Source of the DNA: Octopus sinensis
Taxonomy: Eukaryota
Reading direction: 5' to 3'
Assembly (NCBI RefSeq): GCF_006345805.1
Contig: NC_042997.1
Location: 162,378,001-162,442,000 of the forward strand
Length of the DNA stretch: 64,000 nucleotides
The notes under the pieces were generated by a model. The model was not told where the DNA came from. It was given only the letters and a program-made list of their open reading frames with translations, and did not search any database. Numbering within the stretch: the stretch's first letter is position 1; each line of letters starts with the position of its first letter. A program made the position numbers and the translations under genes. This document shows positions 40,493-52,860 of this stretch, piece by piece.

Positions 40493-40737
40493 TAATTTAT
40501 ACCCAATGAAGAAATTCCAAAAATAATATGATAGTGATGATTTAGTATAATTATATTTCAGTTAAGCCTAGTTGATTGCAACTTTTTCAGAGGCTAAATG
40601 TTTGGCCTTTATTTCAGGAGGAGTTCCTCAGAGTGCTTAAGGTTTTGCTATATGATAGATACATTTACAATATATTAAAACTTCCACTTTGCATTATTTA
40701 TCCTTGATCTCTGTTTATCTAAATATATTTAAAATAT

Positions 40738-40772
40738 CCTCTTTCTTTTTCAGCCTATAAAACATACCAACA
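40738..40772 (+). promoter_or_regulatory. 5'UTR intron acceptor (AG at 40752-40753) and 19-nt leader of reflectin-L
   Basis: Polypyrimidine tract CCTCTTTCTTTTTCAG, then CCTATAAAACATACCAACA-ATG. Confidence 0.75.
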
Positions 40773-41807
40773 ATGAACCGTTTTATGAACAGATTCCGTC
40801 CCCAATTTAACAGAAAATACAGAGGATTCATGGAACCAATGAACATGATGTCCATGGACTTCCAAGGCAGATACATGGATTCTTATGGAAGAATGGTAGA
40901 TCCCAAACAATATGAATTTTATGGCAAATATTCTGACAATGACAGATACTATGGTAAATCTATGTACAACTATTACGGTTTCTATGATAACGATAGGTTC
41001 CATAGATATGGTAATTTTATGGACTTCCCAGAAAGGTTTATGGATATGTCCGGATATCAGATGGATATGAATGGAAAATGGATGGATACACAAGGTCAAA
41101 ACTCCAACCCCTACTGGAATATGTTCAGCTCTTCAAGACAAGGCTACAATCCAGGTTACTCTTATGGTCGTAACTGGTTCTTTCCTGAGAGATTCATGGA
41201 CATGTCTCACTACCAGATGGATATGGGTGGCCGATACATGGACAAAAGTGGACGTCACTGCAACCCGTATTACAGCCACTACAGGCGTTATATGTCTCAT
41301 CCACAAATGAATTTCTCTCAAATGCACTACCCTGAGAGATTCATGGATATGTCTAGCTACCAGATGGACATAGGTGGTCGTTATATGGATAAGTGGGGCT
41401 GCCATATTAATCCATTCAGCACTTATTACTTCGGTAAGCAATCATATTATCCTCATAACTTTTGGAGCCAGAGAAAATACATGGACATGTCTTTCAACCA
41501 GATGGATATGCAATTTAATTCGATGGACATGAATAGCCGTAATTGTGACCAACTCCACTATTTCAGAAATTTCGATATGTGGAACAACCAGATGGATTTT
41601 GACGGACACTGGATGAATATGAACAACCAATCTTACCAACCTCCCAGTTTTATCAGGAGTCAAGTTTATTACAACCCTTACCACTTTTACACTTGGATGA
41701 GTAGATATTACAGCCAACCTGAGAAATTTTATGATACAACCAACTATCAAGTGGAATTCGGAGGAAAATGGCCGTCACAAGAATATGAATGTATAACACA
41801 AGAATAA
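40773..41807 (+). CDS. reflectin: Reflectin, 344 aa, uninterrupted CDS (here 'reflectin-L')
   Basis: ORF starts MNRFMNR and carries the reflectin N-terminal motif MEPMNMMSMDFQGRYMDSYGRMVDP. Three canonical PERFMDMSxYQMDxxGxxMD repeats follow, then three degenerate ones. Rich in Met/Tyr/Asp/Arg/Asn, with no Ala and one Leu. Start context CAACAATG; stop TAA 41805-41807; AATAAA at 41853 and 41926. Confidence 0.97.
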   Translation: MNRFMNRFRPQFNRKYRGFMEPMNMMSMDFQGRYMDSYGRMVDPKQYEFYGKYSDNDRYYGKSMYNYYGFYDNDRFHRYGNFMDFPERFMDMSGYQMDMNGKWMDTQGQNSNPYWNMFSSSRQGYNPGYSYGRNWFFPERFMDMSHYQMDMGGRYMDKSGRHCNPYYSHYRRYMSHPQMNFSQMHYPERFMDMSSYQMDIGGRYMDKWGCHINPFSTYYFGKQSYYPHNFWSQRKYMDMSFNQMDMQFNSMDMNSRNCDQLHYFRNFDMWNNQMDFDGHWMNMNNQSYQPPSFIRSQVYYNPYHFYTWMSRYYSQPEKFYDTTNYQVEFGGKWPSQEYECITQE

Positions 41808-41852
41808 TTTTGATCTTTCTCACAACTGGTTTTGAATTGAAATTATACATTT

Positions 41853-41858
41853 AATAAA
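41853..41858 (+). terminator. Candidate polyadenylation signal, reflectin-L
   Basis: AATAAA 46 nt after the stop; alternative at 41926-41931. Confidence 0.5.
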
Positions 41859-43309
41859 CTCCTCTATGACAAATTGTTAATAGCTAAGATTTAGATTACA
41901 CTTCCGATTCATCTTTAAGAGACTTAATAAAATGAAAAATTACATAACTAGTAAATAGAAATGATTCTAGAAAGATAGCAGGTTACAGATAGCTTTATTT
42001 AATGCAACGCAATTTTGGATGATTATATCAGTAAACACCTCTTCTTTAAGAAGAATAATAATTTTATTTGATTTGAGGGACAACAAAGTAAAATTTCATC
42101 AAATTTCTTCAAGTGGATGAAACATCGCGTGACCAAGAAAACAAAAACTCCATATGATGGAATGTTGCTCGAAAAAAAAAGCGCCAACAAAGAAGACCAA
42201 AGGTTTATAAAAGTTTTTAAAATGCAGAACTATCCATATGTTTAAAATGTTGCTGTTTGTAAACCAACCCAATTATTGCCTTTTAAATTATGTATTATCC
42301 ACTTCTAAGCAATAAAAATATTTTGTTTCCATCACTTTAGTGCAGAGTTTTATGTTTACAACACCTAACATTTTCTAACACGAAATAATCATTATGAAGT
42401 TTATAAATAATTGTTTCTAACCGGTGCAAGACCAGAAACTTGAGACAAGAGCTAGTCGATTAAATTGATGTTAGTGCTTGACCCCGAAAGATAAAAAGCA
42501 AAGCTGATCACGTTTAAATTGTATATTATTGGAATTACTCCAATACATTTGTCCTTCAGTTCTCTATGGTATAAAAAAAATGAATACCGTCTCTCCGATA
42601 GAATAATAAAAATAATTTTAATTAGATACAAATCTACTTCTAGAATTTGAAGGCAACCTAAACAAGATATCCCTATCAATGTCTAGGCAAAGTGGTTACT
42701 CTAGAGAAGGTGGCGATTTTAATTTCTAAGGCTGATAACAGGCATAAACGACAAGATTTAAATGCTGTTTCAAGCATACTTTATTCCTGACCCCTTAAAA
42801 ATTACAGTAGACAACAACAGATAAATAATATTTTTACCTAACATTATATCAGAAGCTTTATATTAATTTCTTTTACCAATGTTTGCAATAATTTCCCTTA
42901 TTTATCAGAACCAACATTATCAATTTCGACGGAATTCATGTAAGATGCAACAAAAATTATTTAAAGATTTCAAATACAAGCTCCTACCGATATGTTTCCA
43001 CACAGTCCCCATTTTGCAGGATTTCATTTACAAGGATTTGATCGATCCAAAACTACTGTAGAAAGCACTTACCTAAGGAACTGCACGCTGAAATTGAACC
43101 CAGAACCCAGGACTACTTTGCAAAGTGAGCTTCTTAATCATACAGCCAGCGCCCTCTTCATAGGCGATTTTGGGAAATGTTTAAATAGTTTAGTTGTGTT
43201 GATGTGAGATAAGACTATGTGGGTTATTTCTCGTTGCAACTACTTACTTTTCTTTTTAGTCAAGGTACTTAGCGCCAAACAGAATTTACAAAAAAAGTAA
43301 AACACTATA

Positions 43310-44330
43310 CAAAGTAATATCATCACCGACAACATCATCACATCCTTATGATACTATAAGTCTCAAATGGCACAATATATCCTCACTTTGATAAGGGTCT
43401 TTAGTGTTGACCAAGGAAATGAACTTACCAGATCTTTTTTTAATCAACCAACAAAAGCCATATAAAGAAAACAAGAAATTCTTGATATATCTAACCCATC
43501 CATTCTCCTCTATACGTCATGACACCTTTTCAAAAGACCTTCCCATTTCTTCCCAAAGCTTACGCACGGCTTCATATGCTGATGAAATTGTTGTCACATT
43601 ATATTGCCGTTCCTCAGACACAGTTCCAGCCTTGCATCAAATATACAGAAGCTAAGCTCCAAAGCAACTGCTAGACCCAACCCATCATTTCTCTTATCAA
43701 AAACATCAGATATAATCAACCATTTCAATCAACAACATGAACCATTAACATGTCATGCTCACAGAAGTCTAAAATACTGATTTTAAATTTGAACACAAGG
43801 CCAGGAATTTAGGGGTAGAGGATAAGTCGATTACATCGACCCCAGTGTTCAACTGCTGCTTAATTCATCGACCCCGAAAGGATGGAAGGGAAAGTCGACC
43901 TTAGTGGAATTTGAACTCAGAATGTCGAAACGAACGAAATGCTGGTAAATATTTTGCCCGGTGTGCTAACGATTCTGCCGGCTCACCGCCTTACAGAAGT
44001 CTAAACTATTAGTTGTTACATACAATAACCTTAAAACACTATCCCTTCCACTCAGACCAACCAAGCATAAAGAAAATACTAACACACAAGGGAATAGGTG
44101 CAGCGTTAATAGATTCAAACATTATATCAATAAGTACAGAAGAACTGCGACTAACACACACCGATCAAGTTCATCTTACTCTCTCCTACTGTAACCATCA
44201 CCAGAATCTAAAAATACTCAAGATAGACGGGACAATGACGAAATAGATTGGAGTAATAGATTCCTTACTGTATTGTGAAATGTGCAGTACGGTCCTCTAC
44301 TAGGCAGGGGTATGGTATATCTAGAACAAT
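43310..44330 (+). mobile_element. LINE RT and 3' fragment (I/Jockey-like), split by a SINE
   Basis: LRTASYADEIVV (YADD motif); SINE with TSD inserted at 43774-43992. Confidence 0.45.
43774..43992 (-). mobile_element. SINE family A (tail type 2)
   Basis: 13-bp TSD ACAGAAGTCTAAA (43761-43773 and 43993-44005). Confidence 0.88.
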
Positions 44331-46689
44331 AGATATGTTGATAATCTCTAACTGTTCGGCCGATTACCTCCACACTCTAGATCTGCTCAAGTAGACTTGA
44401 TTGGATCTGCAGAACAACAGCTAAAGATATTAGCATGAACTCTGATAACGGCTGGAGACTTGGAAAAGATCCCCAACCAGATATTTCAAAAATGGGGAGG
44501 TGAAAGTTAGCATGGAGGCAGCAAAGAGGACTGTGAGGAGGTAAGAGACTCAAATGCTGTAATTTTGGTAACAGTAACCATTTGAAAGCCTTCTGCTGTC
44601 TCTCCTACTCTCAACAGCTGCACCCCAAAGTGTTCAGATATGGCTGTGTGGCTTAAGAAATTAGCTCCACAACTTCGTAGTTTCGGTTTCGATCTTATAA
44701 CGCGACGACTTGGCCAAGTCACTTCCATCCTAACCTCAGAATGACCAAATACTTGTAAATAAATTCCGATGGCGGAAGCGATATAGAAGCCCATAGAGAG
44801 ATAGCGATGGATTTAAATTTATCGCCTGGTTTAAATCCACCACCTGGTCCTTAGATATCTTTGTGGGTGGGGGGAGTCTACTCTAAAACAAACATTAGGA
44901 CCAGGTCTTCAATATGAGAATGGCTTCCTTCCATCATCTCTGTGACCCAGAAAAAGCATCATGTATGATGTTCTTCGTCTGCTAAGTCATTAAAATCTCA
45001 AACCGACATAAAAGTAGGTGCAATAGCAGCAATAACATCGCCACTCCCACTGCCATTAATAGCACCATCACCAACACCACCACTACCGCAGCAGCAACAG
45101 CAGTCACCATTATCACGTGTGCTATCACCATCATAACTACTTGTATAGCTTCATTCACCACTTCTACTACTACCACCACCTTCACTATCCTACTACCCTA
45201 CTATACAACTACCATTACCACTACAATCAGAACAACAACAACAACTGTAGTAAATACAACACAACTAAAAACAGTAACAACAACAGGTGGGGACCAATCA
45301 GACAATTACCACTCCCTTCCCAAAGTCAATGTAAACACAGAAAACAGAAATCCCTGACAGAGGCCCTATGTGATTACTCGAAATGCTAGAAAAAGCAGAA
45401 AAATCTTATCCAGCTGACACGTTGTCTTAAAAAGGACATGTTGAATAATGTGGTAATGTATACTTAAAAAGGACGAGATAGGCACAGTAGGAATGCCTTT
45501 GGTCACAGGTCGTTTTTGTCTGGGTTGATCTGGGGCTAAACAATACATATGCACACTGATACATTATCCTATCTTACCCCCACCACACACACAATATATA
45601 ACCAAGATAGGCATATTTTCCCTAAGATAAAAAAAGTTATGGATTATCTGTGGAGAAGAGATAACATACTGTCTAGCCTCTACATGGTGGTTCGATCTGC
45701 TAGAAATAGCAATCAAGTTTCCTCAAAGCACTCTCAATCGTCTTGAAAAACGAAGGATAGGTGGTACAATGTAACGCTAGATAATACTAAGAGACTGGAT
45801 CGATGCGAGTTGAATGCCTTTCATTATAGGTCTTATCAATTATGGAGGCCCTGGGGCTAAACAAAACAGCAGCATTAAACAACAGCAACAGCAACAGAAA
45901 CGGAAACAGCAGCAACCACAGCAGCAACATCCACAGTAGATGCTTCGAGAAACTTAGAAAAGGAGTTTACTCTATAATCTTTCTTGCAAGGATCATTCAA
46001 CTATCAAGCTACCGCTACAAAGCTATCATGCACGCACGCACACACACACACACAAACAAATAATCAAACAAAAACCTCAAGTCACTGAAGTTAAATAAAT
46101 ACTCATTGGCTTCATCTGCATGAACTAGTGCCAACATACTTAGAACAGCGAACATCAAACGTGTGCTGATAGATACTTAAATAGTGAAGAAAGATAACAT
46201 TAGCCCAACGATTAATATAATGTTAATCATTATGACAATCACAGGAGAAGACTTCATACATATTTAGATCTTATTAGACCTCTTCAGCGTAGTATGTGCT
46301 TCACAGTACTTCTCGAAGTACTGATGTGAGAAGCACTAACTAAATGCACAAAATTGTGCCAGTGTAGATGAAAAAAATTAGCATATGAAGAAAAATAAAT
46401 CACTGAGATGGATGTCATCCAATTTTGATTGCAACAGTCAAAATAGTGCAAACAAATTTCATGTGGCAATAAAGATCGTAGAATTGTTAGCACGCCGGAC
46501 AAAATACGTAGGGGTCCACACGTATCACCTACTAATGATTGCCAGGTTTGAGTATCTTGAAATCAAGACATGATGATAAAAAAATAGATTCTACTTTTGG
46601 AATCAGTAATCCCCCAACCCACTTCCCCCTAACCTTCAAATCAGGTAAAAACGTCCTGACGACAGAATACTTGTTGGTTGCGTTATTAT

Positions 46690-47360
46690 TGTGGATCGGC
46701 AGAATATTTTGGGGAGTCGGACAAAATGCCGTACGGATTTAGCTATATTTTTACATACTGAGTTCAAATTACTCACGTAATCAACTTCACTTTATACCCC
46801 TCCGTGGGTGGGGGATAAAATAGGTACCAGGCATGCCTGGAGTTACTGTAATTGGCTAAACCACTCCCCTACAAATTGCCGGCCTTGTGCCTAGATTAGA
46901 GACAAATTTTTCCAAGGTGGTGGTATGACAGAACCATTAGAGCGTCGGATAAAATGCCTTGCATATTTATTTGTCTTCTATGGCCATATTTCAAATCACG
47001 TCGAAATAAAATTTGAACTCAGAAAGTAAAGACCCTAATCCTAGCCCTTCCATCACTTTGGAGTCGATGAAATCGACAAACTCCCTACTTTCAAAATTGC
47101 TGGCCTTGTGTCTAAATTAGAAAGCGTTATTAAAGATGGCTACCTGGTAATACCCTCAAAGCGTAAAAAGACAAAAATAAAATACTTCGTGGTATATATT
47201 CCAGCTCTTTACATTCTGAGTTCAAATCACGCCAAGGTTTACTTCGCTTTCATCTCTTAGGGTCGATAAAATAAAATACTAGTCAAGTATTGTGTTCAAT
47301 GGTGTTGACTAATTCTCTCTCCCACCTCATTATGCTGGCTTTCAGCCTTATGTAGAAACT
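46690..47360 (+). mobile_element. Three head-to-tail degraded SINE-A copies
   Basis: Recurring AAAATGC..., GAGTTCAAAT..., GGGTCGAT... and GGCCTTGTG... at roughly 215-230 bp spacing. Confidence 0.6.
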
Positions 47361-49299
47361 ACTACTTTTGTTGTTGTTGCTGTTATTCTTGTATTCGAGT
47401 TGTACTGACTGTAAACGCAGTAGTAATTTTTTTTGGCAAGTTACTACTCTAAAGAAATTTACGTTTGTTTTCTAGTTTGTCCTTAACATTCAAGAAAGAG
47501 TTTTTTTTCAAAGCCCTCTATGTATACCATTATCAGCGAAAAAAGGGGACTGTTTTTTTCCACATGCGTCACCGTTTTAGCTGGCTACCATTAACAAAAA
47601 GAAAACAGCATTGACGTTTAGAGGGGAGCAGGAAGAGACATCATTGTCAGCGGTGGTAGCAATCTGTCAGGTTCTGTTGGCTGGTTAGAAGGGGAGAAGA
47701 TATAGTTTTACAGGAATTTTTCGGTGAGATCATCACCACCAGAAGACAACCAGAAAAAAAAAAACACCACCCATCAGAAGACAACCACGGACAACATTAC
47801 CACTACCAACAAATTAAGCATGCAAAGTGGCATCAACAACGACAAGTATAAGAAGACTAAAAATAAGAACAGTTTCTGTTATGGTTTTAAGGAAAGAGAC
47901 TTTCCAGTTCTACCAATCCCAGCCAAAAGAAAAAAAAATTACGACGACGGTGAGAATAATGAATATGGCGACGATGACGATGACGATGACGTTGACAACG
48001 ACGAAGACCTGAACGGAAGCGGGGTAGAAAGAGCTAGGAACGATAGCTAAAATCAAAGGCTAAAATCACTATTACAAATGTTTCTATCGCAGTGGCACAA
48101 ACTGGACAAGCCCTTTCTCTCACCACTCTGTCAACCACCAACACCACTACTACCACTGCCGCCGCTTCCGTCGCTGCTGTCGCTGCCACCGCCACTGCCG
48201 CTGACGTCGCTGCTACCGCTGACGTCGCTGCCGCTACTGCCACCGCTGCCACTGCTGCCACCGCTACCGCTGCTGTTATCACTACAACTACTGAAAACAT
48301 TATTTTTCCTTCAACTTCCACCACTGCCAAAGCTGCTGTATTGACTGTGGCCGTTGGAATCTCCAGCAACAACACCAGCAAGGATTACACTGAAAGCACT
48401 GCAAAAAGGTCAGCTTCTTTGCAGGAGCTGCATAAATAATTGGACAAGTGTCTCTGGAGGAGAAACATGTCCTTGAGAGAAGTCGAGAAATACCACATGA
48501 AACACTCAAGAGAACATTAACATACAGATATATATCGGTTAAGAGGCAATGTGTAGGAAATGGGCAGATGTATTCAATCGGAAAACTGTTTGAGAAGGAT
48601 ATGGAGTGACATATCTCGATCTACTCAATATAGCAGCGTTGAAGTAAGACTTCTCACGTGAAATAAACATCAGAGATGCATTTACCCACGCAGAAACTGT
48701 AGGATCTGCTCGGAGGTTTTGCAAGCTCTTCTAATCCATTACAATGCTGTAAACCCTTCCGTATCGTCAGCAGGTATTTCAGGGTTACAAACGTCTCGAC
48801 CGTAGCCTGTGAACTTCACCAGAGTTGGGTAGCGGGGACTAAGCTAGTCTTCACGAATGGAAGAGTTCCACTTGCGGTCTATTATCGACCATAGCCATCT
48901 TGAGCTAGTTTCAGCTGCCGTTCCTTACATAGAAGTGCTCTACTGACCTGCGTAGAAGTACGGATATTTAAAAATATTTCTACCCCTCCACACACACACA
49001 CTACAGACAAACAAAAGAACTCTCCTTAACCGTAAGTATCTTAATGCAGGAGCACACCCATACACTCATTCATACTCGCCTCTTGTCTCTGGTACCTCGT
49101 CGTGCGTAGAGAGCAAGATGAAACCGTTCCGAGAGATTCTTCTCCCTGCGATGAGAAGTAGTGAGAAGAAAAACAAACGCCCAAGTTGAAAACCTGAAAA
49201 TAAGACAGGAAGGCAGAAAATTTTTCATATAACCATACCTCAACACAACCACCATTACTACTACAGCAAAAACTTCACAACAGTTAAAGCAAAATGGCA

Positions 49300-49610
49300 C
49301 TCTGTCGGGAACGACGACGGGTGTTTCAGTTGATTTGATCAGCCGAACAGCCTGCACGTGAAATTAACATGTAAGCGGCTCCAGAGATACGCATACCCTT
49401 AACGTAGTTCTCAAAGAGATTCAGCATGACACAGATTGTGGCAAGGCTGACCCTTTGAATTACTGGTACATCTTATTTTGGCAGTTGAGTTGACTGGAGC
49501 AACGTGGAATAAAGTGTCGTACTCAAGAACACAACGCGCCACCCGGAATCGAACTCACAACCTTACGATCATGAGCTGAATACCTTAACCATGAAGCCAC
49601 GCACCTTACA
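49300..49610 (-). mobile_element. SINE family C
   Basis: Inverted homolog of 2603-2930. Confidence 0.75.
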
Positions 49611-49659
49611 CTCACAACAAGAACAACAACAGCAGAAATTTTTTAAGGACAAAACTAGT

Positions 49660-49840
49660 AATTTTAAGGAGTGGGGTTAGTCGATTCCATCGACCCCAGC
49701 GCTTGACTGTATTTTATCTCATCGACCCGGGAGGACAAAAAACGAAGTTGATTTCAGCAGTCTTTGAACTCAGAACATGAAGTATCGATACAATTACTGC
49801 AAAACAATGTCTCCAACGCCGTAAGGATTCTGTTAACCCA
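49660..49840 (-). mobile_element. SINE family A, degraded
   Basis: Reverse complement contains GAGTTCAAAG...GGGTCGATG...CTGGGGTCGAT. Confidence 0.6.
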
Positions 49841-52149
49841 CCACACTGAAGTCCGTATTTTGTATTTAAAAACTATGATTACGAACTTCAGAGAATCCAT
49901 AATTTCTGTGAAGCAATTATCATTCCAATTGTAATAGGAATCACTACAACGTTGCCAAGTCAAGGACATCCATAAACAAACAACTGTTCCTCACTCCACC
50001 ACATAAATAAAACTTAATCCAAAAATCTGCTGCTATTCCCTAAGCCAGGATTATGTATCCCAACATTATGAGATACCCTGTAAATAGCAATTTTTGTGGG
50101 TGGTACGAATAACCCCGTTCTTGAGCAGTAAATTGTCACGATTGCATTACAATACTTCTTAGTAAATTTCTCTATTACTATGCGAGCAATTGTAATCCAA
50201 TATTTTACAGAAGGCATTGCTACCTATTTTACGGTGCTCTTTGATGGCGCAAGCAATTTTATGTGAAGCCAAAGCAATTTTCAAGTAAGTTTTCGTTATA
50301 TAAAATGTCTTGGAAATGGCATTTCGAACATGCTGAGAAAGTTAATAAATTTCGAGAGAGTGTTCGACAATGCTTGAGAATCTCCCTAAAATTGAATATT
50401 AAACAGAGCTATCACAGAACGTTCAGAGATACTAATAAATTGTTGGTTATGGAAAATTATTACTTTTTTCTAACCAATTGTATTTAAGCTCGACATATTT
50501 ACATGTTGTTTGCTGGTTGTAGTGTGACATGTCTCTGGCAAGTTGGCTGCTAGAGCAGCTTAGTTACTGTGCACCTCAGTAAGGTCTTTCTATTTCGACT
50601 GCTGAACTGAAACTGCGTATAAAATCGCTTTCCAAAAACTTCACTTTATGCATGTCACTTTAGTTACAGACTGAAACCAGACACGACACATACAAAGCTG
50701 TCATGGAACCTGAATAACATAACCGATCGTTTCACTTTGCACAGATCTTGCTTTTCTGCGCATGTTAATAACCATTTTGCTTTTAATAATTTCTTGATCT
50801 TAATTCTTTTACTTTTTATTTTTGATTTGTTTCAGTTTCTGGAGTGCGGACAGGATGGATCAATGCCTTCACGGTTTTAGTCGAACAATCGACTTCAGTG
50901 TTTATTTTTTAAAGTCTGTTACTTATTATATCGGTCTGTTTTGTCTAATCGCTGAATACAGGGAAGTAAACAAGTCATCACCGGTCGTCGGGTGATGGTG
51001 GTGGTAGCGACACACAAAAGGCAGACATACACTTACATACATGTATACGACGGGCTTCCACAGTTTATGCCAACCAAATTCTTTCACAAGTATTAGTTGA
51101 CCTGGAACTATTGTAGAAGAATAGTAGAAAATCTGCTGCACAGTAGAGCTGAACCCGAAACCACGGGGCTGCAAAGCGAGCTTCTTAACTATATAACCAT
51201 GATGTTTGTTATTTAGATGGAGAAACAAGTGCAAGATTTTGAGTTCGATTCCTGAGGGCAGGTTTCGAAATCAGTCACGTCAGTATAAACGTACTATTTA
51301 TTATTCACGTACTGAATGTCATCCCTTAAAACTTTTGACATTGATACAATCTGTTTTCTCTTTTAAAGGATATTCTTTATTAAAGGATATTTTTAGAAGA
51401 TATTGCGGTCAACGCATGGACTACTATTTTGTAGATCATGACAAGACAGGCGAACCACTGGAATTATCAAAATTCCAGTTGTCCTCCCGTGGTCCTCTTC
51501 TAAATTGAGTTACGATCTGTATTAATTCTAAAAAAAAAGTTGGGGGTACGGATGATCTTTGATTTGGTTGCACGAAGAAATTGAAGAGCCAAAATATCTC
51601 CAGTTACTCCCCCCTGAGTGCTTAAGAGTTACGACTACAAAACCACTTTCGTTGAGATACAATATGCTATTCTTTATACCGACCAGCAAAATCACACATT
51701 AATTATTAGTGTGATAAAACCAGTTGGTTCTTCTCTCAAGGAAAAGCGCGAAGAAGACGAACCATGACCGAAGAAACAACAATAACAATAATTACTCTGA
51801 GACAAGACTGCGACATTTCCACCCGACGAGCGGTAGTTGCTTATGAGTGAAGAATGTATACAAATCGAAATTGCTAATGGCAAAATTCAAGCAAAATCTT
51901 CACCATTTATATCAACAAACAACTTCATGAAAAACTGATTATGACTGTCTTCAACTTTGGACATTGACTCTGCTACTGTATTGGGTTGCAAGTACTATTC
52001 ACCAACAGATCGACGTATTAATGATCGCAACAAGAAAATATGACCGAAATGGATCACTTCTCTCCAGAAAATATCCGAGGCATCAGTGAGTTGGAAACTA
52101 ATAGACACTAGACAATGTGAGATTTGTCGATCGTCGGTTACATCTGTCA

Positions 52150-52860
52150 TGTTTCAGTGAGTTCTTTTTGAAATTATCGAAGAATTTTGGCATGTGTCGG
52201 CAAAAAATTAGCCCCTTTTTTAAAATTAAGATGGGAGAGTATGTTGAATAAAGTTGATTTTCTATTTTAGGTAGAAACGGCAGGTTCTTCATGCGTTTTA
52301 AAATTCCTAAGCCTAATCTAACACTTCCCACGAAATGTTGGTTGGTTCTTCTTTGTCAAACATAATCCATAAGTACTTTGAAAAAGCTGTTATGTTTCCC
52401 TGGTAGGCTTAGCAGAACTGGCTATTGTGCTTGCGCAGGAGATACTTGAAGGGGTGATCTGTAAGCCACAAACAGCTTGTTGATGTATTGCTGTGGACAC
52501 AGTTGTCAGGTATACAATACTTTTCTCTAAGGATTGCTTTGTAAGAGGGAAGCTTATGTTTCTGAAATTACATATCGGCTTCCTTAACGCGACGTCTAGT
52601 TGAAATATGCGGATATTGATGATAATAGTCACATTTTCCTCAATCTGTCTACTAACGCTATTTTTGCTGATCATTTTACGGAATTTATGGCATTCAGGAA
52701 ATGTTTTCCATTAGGTAGACGATATCTTTATCATCACATTTATCTATAATAGTGTTATATGGTGGATTATATCATATAATGATTCTTTCCTAGAAGGTAG
52801 ATGTTGACATGTACTTTATTGTATCTTGGTGTCAACAACGTATTAATGCTCTGCAGCCAC
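52150..52860 (-). mobile_element. PLE fragment, degraded GIY-YIG region (Naiad-like)
   Basis: Across frameshifts: CNFRNISFPLTKQSLEKSIVY...NITAFSKYLWIMFDKEEPTNISWEVLD, resembling the two fragments above. Confidence 0.6.

Noticed and set aside
40756-40762. TATAAAA just upstream of the reflectin-L ATG as a TATA box
   Set aside because: Only 17 nt before the ATG, so the start site would fall inside the CDS; it lies after a strong acceptor and is absent from the paralog.
40755-41750. Near-continuous antisense ORFs over both reflectins (also 62270-63193 on +)
   Set aside because: In-register antisense stops need sense TTA, CTA or TCA codons; reflectins almost lack Leu, so open antisense frames are expected.
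41829-41844. TTTTGAA..TGAAATT shared by both reflectin 3'UTRs (also 61995-62012 on -)
   Set aside because: Short, AT-rich and gapped; expected by chance at this base composition.
48420-51900. Possible further TE coding remnants (48420-48960, 50200-50650, 51400-51900)
   Set aside because: Only 4-6-residue motif resemblances, compatible with several unrelated families; no call supportable without a profile search.
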